From: Emiliania huxleyi CCMP1516
Lineage: Eukaryota
DNA length: 20,000 nt
Reading direction: 5' to 3'
Assembly (NCBI RefSeq): GCF_000372725.1
Contig: NW_005201392.1
Location: forward strand, 842,105-862,104
The position numbers were made by a program, and so were the translations under genes. Below are positions 1-9,025 of the stretch, piece after piece (within the stretch, counting starts at the first letter, position 1; the number at the start of each line of letters is the position of its first letter). The notes under the pieces were generated by a model that had not been told where the DNA came from, ran no database searches, and saw nothing but the letters and a program-made list of their open reading frames with translations.

Positions 1-31
1 GCCGGAGGACAAGACGACTGACACGCATCAG

Positions 32-1530
32 GCGTGCGGTCTGACGGTCGTCTCGGTCGACTACCGGCTGAGCCCGGAGCACACCCACCCCGCGGCGCTC
101 GACGACTGCCACGCCGCCGCACTCTGGCTCGACTCGCCCGAGGGCCGCGCCGCAGCGCGGATCGGACCCGAGGCACCCCTGCTGATGGTTTGCGAGTTCC
201 AGATGCGGAACACGAGCCCGTGTATTCCGACCAGCGCATCGGCTGTGTTCAGCTGCATTGGCCACACTCCTCTCCCTCTGTTCGTTTCCCGTGGATTCAA
301 GCGGTGCGCGATGCCGCTTCCCCGCCCCGACTCGGGTGTGTTCGTGGCGTAGGTTGGCGAGTCGGCGGGAGGCGACCTCGCCGCTGCCTGATCGTCCGCC
401 TCGCGCGCGAACGTTCTCTGAGCCCTCTCCTGCAGGCTACCTCGCCGCGTCGCTGCTCGTCCGCCTCCCCCCGCCGGAACGGCGATCGCTCTTTGCGGCG
501 GTCGCCCTGACCTACGGCTGGTTCGACCTCGCCGAGACGCCCTTCTTCAAGGCACCGCGCTTCCAACCAGCCCACATACCCCTGGTGCTAGGGAGGGCCG
601 CCAGCAGAGCTGACGCCGGCGGTGCTCTCTGTAGCCCCCTCTAGCGCGGGGCGCGGGGCGCGTCCTCCTGCATCCCTTTTCACCCCCCCTGTCAGGCGTG
701 GGGCGAGAAGAGACTGGTCGAGACCGCAGGAACCTTCTACGAACCTTCTAGCAACCTTCTAGGCGTGGGGCGAGAAGAGACTGGTCGAGACCGCGAATGA
801 GCTGCGCTGGCTCCGCTCGCAGTGCTCCCGGCGCCGACCTACAGCGAACCTGCTCTGAATGCCTCTCCGCACGCCCCTCTAGGTTCCGCTCGCAGTACCT
901 CGGCACCGGCTTCGACGCGGCCACAGTTTTGCGCGACCCGGACTCGCCGCTGCAGTGGACCCTTCCGTGAAGCTCCTCTGAACCTTCCTGCAGGCGCGGC
1001 TGCGCGACCCGGACGTCTCGCCGCTGCACGCCGACCTCGGTGGCATGCCTCCCGCCCTGCTCAGGTCTGGCCACACGCGAGCTCCGTCCCTGCCACCTCA
1101 CCCGGGGTTGTGGTTTGCGTTGCCATTATGCGCTGACCAGCCCCATCCCGCTGCTCAGCGTGGGGACCGAGGACGCTCTCCTCGAGGATTCCCTCTTCAT
1201 GTACGCGCGCTGGATCGGTGGCCTAGATGCGGAATAAGATCTGTTTTACTCGTAGTATTCCAGCTGCACTCGCGAGGACACAAATTCGACGGCATCCGGC
1301 TGTAGTTTGCTGTATTCGCAGCCCACGCGATGCTCTCTACCTTCACGATATGTTCCCCACCCCGACTTTCATGCTCATGGCGTAGGCTCGCAAGCGGCAA
1401 CCGCGCGGAGCTGCGCGTCTACCCCGGCGCCGCACACGGGATGGGTCACTTCGGGCCGCACCAGCACACCGAGCAGGGGGAGGGGGCGCTGCGAGCCCTC
1501 GAGGCGTGGTACGCGGCGCACTTGCCCTAG
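32..1530 (+). CDS. Alpha/beta hydrolase, HSL (family IV, Abhydrolase_3-like) esterase/lipase; 5'-partial, spliced. Inferred exons 32-187, 353-371, 436-551, 763-809, 883-919, 994-1064, 1159-1212, 1386-1530
   Basis: Manual splicing gives [21 protein letters not shown] (HSL DYRLAPE-like motif), LLMVGESAGGYLAA (GxSxG nucleophile elbow), [39 protein letters not shown] (catalytic Asp region) and [10 protein letters not shown] (catalytic His), ending at TAG 1528-1530. All junctions keep the frame. Confidence 0.9.
694..794 (+). repeat. Perfect 34-bp direct repeat (694-727 and 761-794) flanking a 33-bp insert with three AACCTTCT units
   Basis: AGGCGTGGGGCGAGAAGAGACTGGTCGAGACCGC occurs twice, separated by AGGAACCTTCTACGAACCTTCTAGCAACCTTCT. 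Confidence 0.97.
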
Positions 1531-1780
1531 GTAGCAGGCTCTGCCTCGGTGCGGATTTATTGTGTCGTGATCGTGCTCTTTTGGGGGTGCGCGACCTCTG
1601 TGTATCCTGTTGTTGATGTTGTACCATTTATTTTCGAATGATTTATTTTTGTAGAGCCGCCGCCCTTGCGGCCTTGGGGGGGGGGGGGGGGGGGGCACAT
1701 GGAAGTGGCCGCCCTCAGACTCTTATATATTTTTAGAGATCTCAAGAGCGAGTGACGGGTAATCGTGGCCGTGGCCAAGA

Positions 1781-2038
1781 AAGATCAAATATTAAGTGCT
1801 CTATTTTGCCTACCGCAAAAAACTCGACGGTTTTGGGCGTTTCAGAGCACGCTGAATCGATTGGCTTAGCTATAATTCTCGCCAGCCCCTTCCTTTCATA
1901 ATTATTGACTCAAAACTCGATGATCGCGCGACTTTGGAGCCGTTATAGCTAAGCCAAAACGTTCCTCTCGAAAAATTGACTTAGGAAGCCGCAAACGGCA
2001 GCTTCTGAAAGCCTCACCGGCGCTTATTATTTGATCTT
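1781..2038. repeat. Concentric inverted repeats in AT-richer intergenic DNA (possible degenerate MITE)
   Basis: 1861-1875 TTGGCTTAGCTATAA pairs perfectly with 1943-1957. 1781-1799 pairs with 2020-2038 at 17/19. Both pairs centre on ~1909. Confidence 0.55.
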
Positions 2039-2926
2039 CTCCAAAACTAGGCCTGCGGCCAAAATTTTCTAAAGGCCGCTGCGCGGCCAGCGCGATGCGC
2101 AACCAGTCAGCGACCGACAGTCAGCAGCAGACTGTGACGATTGGCGGCCTCGCGCCCTCAGTCGACCTCCTCTACCAACTCCCCTGCCCAGCCCATATGC
2201 CTCATCCACGGTGGCGCAACCACTCGCGCAGGGAGAGAGAGAAAGTCGGCGATCTGCGCCGTGCAGATGAGCTCCGCCTCGTCTGCGTCGAGGACGCCCA
2301 TCGCAGGGCTGTCATAGCGCCATTGCATATGACGTACTGCATGTTGTTCATTACTTCGCAGGTGCCAAAGTCGAGGATAATCTCACTCAGCGATGGCGAA
2401 GGCTGCACTCCCGGCCGGCGGTAGGAGGGATGAAGGTTAATGTACTTCGCAGTGTACGGTGCCTTCCGGCGCGAACAGTGCCCGGGACGAAAGAGGAGGC
2501 GACGTCTCCCTCGTCCATGGACGGTGTAGCCAGCTTGAGAGACGGGAACGAACGGCGGTGAATCGCCGACAGCGGCGCCTTCGTTCCTTTCCAGTGAATC
2601 GCCGGCGGGTGCCCTGAGCATTGTATCTGTCGGCCAGTTGCCGCACCGCCGGCAGCAGCTCCGCAGCAGCCGCCCAGATGGCGCCGGTTAGGACAGGAGC
2701 GAAGCCGCGTGGACACGGCTGAGCGACGCCGTGCGTCTCGTTTGGATGCTGCAGGCATGCCGGGCAGCGCGCGTGCTCCATACCGCGTTCGGGCGCCCGC
2801 CGAAATCTTCGATTTCTTTGGCGTAGGAAAAAAAACCCTGAAAATTTTCTTCGCCTGCGGCGCGCAATTAATTTCGATACTTTCGCTTTCACAGCTCTTT
2901 CACACGACTTTATCCGTCACTCGCTC

Positions 2927-3407
2927 TCAAACACGACAAAAAGAAACGCACGCCAACCATGCGAGGAGCGTCCGGCGCTGCTCGACTTCCGCGAAGCTGC
3001 GCACCTGGCCGGCTAGCAGCACGGCCATGGAGGCTGTGGCGCTGGACGGCAGCGGCGGCAGCGGAAAGCAGCCCCTGATCGCATCGCCCTGGCACACCTC
3101 GTCCTTGCTAAGGTTGGAATGCGGCCTGCATAGCCGCCACGTGTCGTCGTCGGGGTCATTTCCCTTCTTCTGGTAGGGGCCAGCGTAGTAGCTGCTACAG
3201 TTTCCCAAGTCAAGCACAGTACGGCAAGCGTCGCCTCCGGGGACCATCCAGTTCGCTGCACGGCGGCGGCGGCGGCGGCGGCGGCGATAGCGGCGGCGGC
3301 GGCGGCGATAGCGGCGGCGGTAGCCGAGGCGGCGATGACGCGGAGCGGCCGCCCTGGGATGAACGCAAGAGGGCGGCTGGCGGCTGGCAGGCGGTGGCAG
3401 AGCTCAA
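2927..3407 (-). pseudogene. Putative degraded or frameshifted gene fragment: Pro-rich stretch, Cys-rich segment, AVLLAGQVRSF motif
   Basis: ORF 3210-3407 (PPPP..CSELDG..YCA) joins ORF 2927-3247 (DLGNCSSYY..MAVLLAGQVRSF) with a 1-nt frameshift near 3211. The motif resembles AVxxxGQxRxF starts seen in uncharacterised algal proteins. No family confidently recognised. Confidence 0.3.
3261..3333. repeat. (GGC)n microsatellite with GATA interruptions (poly-Pro on the minus strand)
   Basis: Directly visible. Confidence 0.9.
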
Positions 3408-4686
3408 ACGCTGTTCACAGCCTTGTTATTGACAAGAAAATACGTCCGATGGCGCATGCGCTGGTCTGTGAGAGGTTGAGGTGCGAGCCCTGGAGGCCCT
3501 GGGGATGGGGTGAGACTACCCGCGGGCCTAGAAGGCCCGCGCGCAGGGGGGTGGGACATTGAGACCGGTCATGAATGAGTGCGCGACACGCATGTTAATA
3601 AAAATCTCTCTCGCATGTTGCGAGCAGCGTTGTTGATGTTTTGCGCGTCGCCACAGACGGCGGCGCGAGAGAGCTGTTGCGAGTGGTGCTGGGCGAAGCC
3701 CCGGGCGTTCACATAAAAGCACATCTCCGGGCCCACGACACACCGGTTTCTTCTTGAAAGTAGGGGGGGGGATATTTTTGTGCCCAGACTGCCTTACTGG
3801 GACGGTAGAGTCGAGATCCGCGAGCGAGAGGTGGAACTGGAGCCCTGGTGCGACGGGTGAGGTGAGCCACCATCACTGTCTATGCGCGCGCGCTGCACAT
3901 GTACCATCAGCCGTTACAGAACCGTGGACCCGCTCGCGTATCCATGGTGGGGAAGGGCACCGCGCCTCCTTTGCCCGCACGGGGTCGACGGCTTCCATCG
4001 CTGTCGTCGCTCTTCCTCTCGCGGCCGGGCGTGGTATGAATCTGCGCAATCGCTCTGTACGTGTATACACACTTTCTTGCAGTACCTCTGTGCAGCAGTA
4101 GGTCCTCCCTCATCTCGCCCGCCTCTAGAGGTTGTGATGGAGAATGCAATCTCGCTTGAGAATACCTCATGGGCTGTTTTCTTATTTAATTATCAAAAGG
4201 TAAGAAATTCCGCTCTGCCGAGCGATGCCCGGGTCCGACCGCGCGCCGCCGCCGCCGCGCCACCCGCACCCCGGCCGCCCGCAGGGCCAGCGCCCCACGA
4301 GGGTATCTAGATACATCGTGACAGCTGACGACGGGATTACCACTGGCGTGTCGTCCTCATCGGATTCGACTTCTCCGGACTCCTTCCGTTCGGCGTGGCT
4401 CACCCTCCATGCCGTAACAGGCGCCCTCATCCTACATTCTTTCTCGCTCCTCTGCCCATGTTTTGGTCTTGTCGTTGCCAAGGTTTCGAGAGCGAAGATT
4501 TTGAAAACCAAGAAATCACGACTCTCTCTCTCTCTTCTCTCTTCTTCTAGGTTTCGTGTCCATCAGGCCAACTCAGAGCCCTTGGGGCACTTTTGGGTTA
4601 CCCAGGCCGGCCAGGGCAAGGGCGGAGGGCGAGGGCGGAGGGCGGAATGCATGGGCGCCAAGTGGGAGGGAGCGGGCGGGGTGGAA

Positions 4687-5297
4687 CGCACAGAGGGGGG
4701 ATGGCGAGGGCGGAGGGCGGGAAGGCGGGAGGAGGAGGGCGACGGAAGTTGGCATGGGCGGGCGGCGGGTAGTTCGGAGTGGCGGGGGCGAAGGCGAGGG
4801 TTCTTGATGACGAGCTGCATGTGCTCCATCTGCAGCGAGAGGCGGCAGATCGACCGTTCGAGGCGCTCGAGGTCGGCGACGAGGCGTCGCGGAGATCGCG
4901 AATGTGCTTGTCGCGCTTTTTGATCTCCCTGTGCTAGAAGTCGATCTTTTGCTGCAGATTCCGAATCTGAAGCTGCAGAGCCTGGTCGCCGGAGGCTGCC
5001 ATGCTGGACCAACTGCCGGAGTTGGACGTAAGAAGAAAACGCATCGAGCGGTATTCCCCCCTTGGGTTATCGGCTCCTATAATGGGGTCTTTTCATCGCA
5101 GCGCAAATCTATCGCAGCGCACTCGCCATCTGAGAGAGAGAGAGATTTATGGCCTTCTTTGCCATCTGTGAGCCTAGCGCAGCGCGAACTCGCCGTCTGA
5201 GCCTAGCGCAACGCGAACTCGCTTTGAGCCTAGCGCAGCGCCTCGGACATACCATTTTGGCTCGCCAACAAGCCCTCCGCGCCCCCACACCGTTAGG
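4687..5297 (+). repeat. Copy 1 of a ~0.6 kb segment duplicated at 6227-6805 (probable alternative haplotype across a gap)
   Basis: Near-identical to 6227-6805 apart from a few substitutions and small indels. Copy 2 starts exactly at the gap end. Confidence 0.9.
5170..5241. repeat. Tandem repeat, 27-29 bp unit GAGCCTAGCGCAGCGCGAACTCGC(n)3-5, ~2.6 copies; also at 6681-6752
   Basis: Directly visible. Each full unit contains the small palindrome GCGA-AC-TCGC. Confidence 0.9.
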
Positions 5298-5661
5298 ATA
5301 CTTGGAGCACTTGGAGTGCAGTTGGCAGCCTCACATCCAGGGCCGGGGAGCTAAGAAGCGCACCCAGCGGGCCGGATGATCGGGATCGGGTTACGGGCTA
5401 GAGAGCCCTAGCCCCGGGGGTGCGCGTTCTCAGGGAAAGGGCCTTAAAGTAAACACGGGTCTCCGAGGGTTAGTCCGCGCTCCAGGTTTCCCCTAGCAGC
5501 GGAGCGCCCCCTCTACTCGGAGCTAATAAACACCAGACCAGAGACACGCCCACGACGTACATCCTCACTCGACGTCACCCCTCGAGGCTTCTCCGTTCGG
5601 TCTCCCCCCCTCGAAAATAAAATAAATAAATACAACGGACATCCCAAGCTAGGGCTGGGTC

Positions 5662-5789
5662 GAGGACAGACACGTCCCCACCTTTGCAGGATTTTGCAAA
5701 AGCGAGGGGGGAGGGCGCATCGCCGCGCGGAGAGGGCTGGGCACAGGGCACAGGGGATCTCTCTCGCATAGGATATGCACTCGGCGGCA
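5662..5789 (+). repeat. Dispersed ~127 bp repeat, copy A (copy B at 18384-18509)
   Basis: GAGGAC(A/G)GACACGTCCCCACCTTTGCAGGATTTTGC...CGCATAGGATA..CACTCGGCGGCA is shared at high identity in the same orientation. Confidence 0.9.
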
Positions 5790-6126
5790 CGAGGGCAAGG
5801 CTGGGCGTCCTATGTTTGTGCTCCCCCCCGGACCCCTCGCTCTCGGGCACTAACCATCTGACCACTCATCGACGGGGCTTGGCGAGCGGCCTCTCCCCCC
5901 CTCGGTCCGGAGGGGCCCTAGAAAACTTTACAACTCAAGTCTTCTGGGAAGCATTTTTCCAAAAGCCCCAAGGCGGTGGAGTTCGCCGTCGAAGGGACAC
6001 GTCCAGCGATCGCCGCCACGATCCCCTCACCGATTCGAGGCACGTGCTGGCTCTGTGCTGGCGATGCACAGGTTGCTCCTCTACGCTCTCGCTGCCATGA
6101 ACGGCGGTCCCTTCTCGTCCGACCCA

Positions 6127-6226
6127 NNNNNNNNNNNNNNNNNNNNNNNNNNNNNNNNNNNNNNNNNNNNNNNNNNNNNNNNNNNNNNNNNNNNNNNNNN
6201 NNNNNNNNNNNNNNNNNNNNNNNNNN
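6127..6226. other. Assembly gap (100 N)
   Basis: Run of N. Confidence 1.
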
Positions 6227-6805
6227 CGCACAGAGGGGGGATGGCGAGGGCGGAGGGCGGGAAGGCGGGAGGAGGAGGGCGACGGAAGTTGGCATGGGCG
6301 GGCGGCGGGTAGTTCGGAGTGGCGGGGGCGAAGGCGAGGGTTCTTGATGACGAGCTGCATGTGCTCCATCTGCAGCGAGAGGCGGCAGATCGACCGTTCG
6401 AGGCGCTCGAGGTCGGCGACGAGGCGTCGCGGAGATCGCGAATGTGCTTGTCGCGCTTTTTGATCTCCCTGTGCTAGAAGTCGATCTTTTGCTGCAGATT
6501 CCGAATCTGAAGCTGCAGAGCCTGGTCGCCGGAGGCTGCCATGCTGGACCAACTGCCGGAGTTGGACGTAAGAAGAAAACGCATCGAGCGGTATTCCTCC
6601 CTTGGGTTATCGGCTCCTATAATGCTTAATGGGGTCTTTTCATCGCAGCGCAAATCTATCGCAGCGCACTCGCCATCTGTGAGCCTAGCGCAGCGCGAAC
6701 TCGCCGTCTGAGCCTAGCGCAGCGCGAACTCGCTCTGAGCCTAGCGCAGCGCCTCGGACATACCATTTTGGCTCGCCAACAAGCCCTCGCCCCCACACCG
6801 TTAGG
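6227..6805 (+). repeat. Copy 2 of the 4687-5297 segment; runs into the permease upstream region
   Basis: Direct comparison with 4687-5297. Confidence 0.9.
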
Positions 6806-6893
6806 GCACTACTTTTTCTTCTTTCTATGATTGTGTACCCCCCCCGACTCTATACCCCCCATCAAGCCAGGCGGATACCGACTTTTCGCTCAT

Positions 6894-8937
6894 ATGGCGG
6901 ACGAGGAGGCCAAGCAGCCCGAGCAGCCCGAGCCCGATGTCGCTATCCCCGCCCTCATCCTCGAGGGAAAGGTGGATGATGACGCGGTGCGGCTCTCACA
7001 TGCGGCGCCGCCGAGCGCGCGGCGCCGCCATGCCTCAACCCCTCGCCACCACCGCGCAGGGTATGAAGTCCGTCGACATCTGCATGCCCACGCCGGGCGT
7101 GTCGTGGTACGACCGCTGCTTCGCGGGCTTCTCGCTCCAAGTGTGCCGGCCCGAGATTCCGTGCCTCCAGAAGGTGAGCGACCCGCAGTTCTTCGGCAAG
7201 GACGACAAGATGTCCTTCTTCGCCGCGCTCATCATGGGCGCGCAGCACGCGCTCGGCATGACCGGCGGCATCGTCACCACGCCGAGCCTCNNNNNNNNNN
7301 NNNNNNNNNNNNNNNNNNNNNNNNNNNNNNNNNNNNNNNNNNNNNNNNNNNNNNNNNNNNNNNNNNNNNNNNNNNNNNNNNNNNNNNNNNCCCCCCCCCC
7401 CCCCTCCCTTCCCCGTGCCTTCCCCCTGACTTCGCCTTCGGCTTCCCCCTCCCTTCCCCCTCCCTTGCCCCTCCCTTACGCCTCCCTTCCCCCTCCCTTG
7501 CCCCTCCCTTCCCCCTGCATTCCCCGTCCCTTCCCCCTCCCTTCCCCCTCCGTTCCCCCTCCATTCCCCGTCCCTTCCCCCTCCCTTCCCCCTCCCTTCC
7601 CCCTCCCTTACCCCTCCCTTACCCCTCCCTTACCCCTCCCTTCCCCCTTCGGCTTCCCCCTCCCTCCCCCCCCCCCCCCCAAACGCCGAACCTTCTCCTC
7701 TGCCCGCGGCCTACCCGAACACCCTCCCCCCTCACAGGTGCTGGGCCCGTCCTTCGCCTTCCTCCCCATCGCCCGGGAGGCAACCATGTCCGGGGTCGGC
7801 GAGCCGGGCGGGGCCGTGGCCGCGTACGGCGACCGCCACCCCCCGTTCCCACCTCCCGCCACCCACTTCCCACTTCGCCTTGCGCCCCGCACCCCACCGC
7901 TGCTGCACCTCCGCCTCCGCCCTCGCCGCCCTCGCCCTCGCCTTGCCCTGTCCCGTCCGCACACCCTGCCTCTCTCCTCCTCTACCTCAGGCGAGTTCCT
8001 CGGCACCGCGTGCGTCGCCGCCCTCTTCGAGATTGGCTTCGCCCTCCTCCCGCCCCGGCTGATCGGCAAGGTCTTCCCGCCGATCGTGTGCGGCGTCGCC
8101 ATCACCTGCATCGGCGCGAGCCTCACGGGCGCAGGTCGGCCAGAGAGGTCGGGAGAGGGCGAGGGAGAAACAAGAGGGGGGGGGGGGGGAGCCGAGACCC
8201 AAGTTGAGCCCCACCCGCCCACTCTCCCGCGCAAACGCAGGCATCAAGTACTGGGGCGGCGGCGTCTTCTGCATGGAGAACGACCTCTCCAAGCTCCCCC
8301 TCTGGAAAGGCCTCCCCCAGATGTGCCAGAACGGCGACGTCGACCACCTGGCCGCCGGCGCGCCGGAGCACGTCGGCATGGGCTTCATGGTCGTCTGCAT
8401 CATGGTCTTGATCGAGGTGCTTGTGGCGCTTGAGGGCGCCGTGGAGAGGGGCCCGATCCTTGGAACCAAGGTTGCCCACTGCTACTATAGATCTTCGGCG
8501 CCCCCTTCTGGAAGAACGCCAACGTCGTCATCTCGCTCCTCCTCGCCTACTTCATCTCGATGGGCCTCTCGGTCACGCCCCCGGCAACCGAGGACGACCC
8601 GAACCCCGAGCCGCACGACTACGTCAACTTCCGGTTCACAAAGGCGCCTCTCACGCCCCATCTCACTCCCCACCTGCGCATCGCTGCTTCCCGCCCCGCA
8701 CTAACCCTGGCCGGCGACTGAGGCGCGACTACTGACCCCCCCGCGCTCCTCCCCCTCCCCCCAAAGCTCACCGCCGAGGAGACGCCGATCGTCTTCTTTT
8801 GGGTGCGGCGCTTCCCGCTCGGCTTCAACGCGTCCTACCTCCTCCCCTTAATCCTCGCCTTCTTCGTCTCGACGTGCACCTGCCCAGCCCCGGACCACCC
8901 CTCCCCTGACCCGCGCGAACAACGCCCCGCCTACGGA

Positions 8938-9025
<88 letters not shown>

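Noticed and set aside
1676..1695. G20 and other poly-G/C tracts as functional G-quadruplexes
   Set aside because: Such tracts are common throughout the window and nothing indicates a specific function.
5170..5241. 27-29 bp repeats as a CRISPR array
   Set aside because: Units are contiguous with no unique spacers, there are no cas genes, and the context is eukaryotic.
6831..8433. 458-aa and 498-aa Pro-rich ORFs as real proteins
   Set aside because: They read through an N gap and C-rich introns of the permease.
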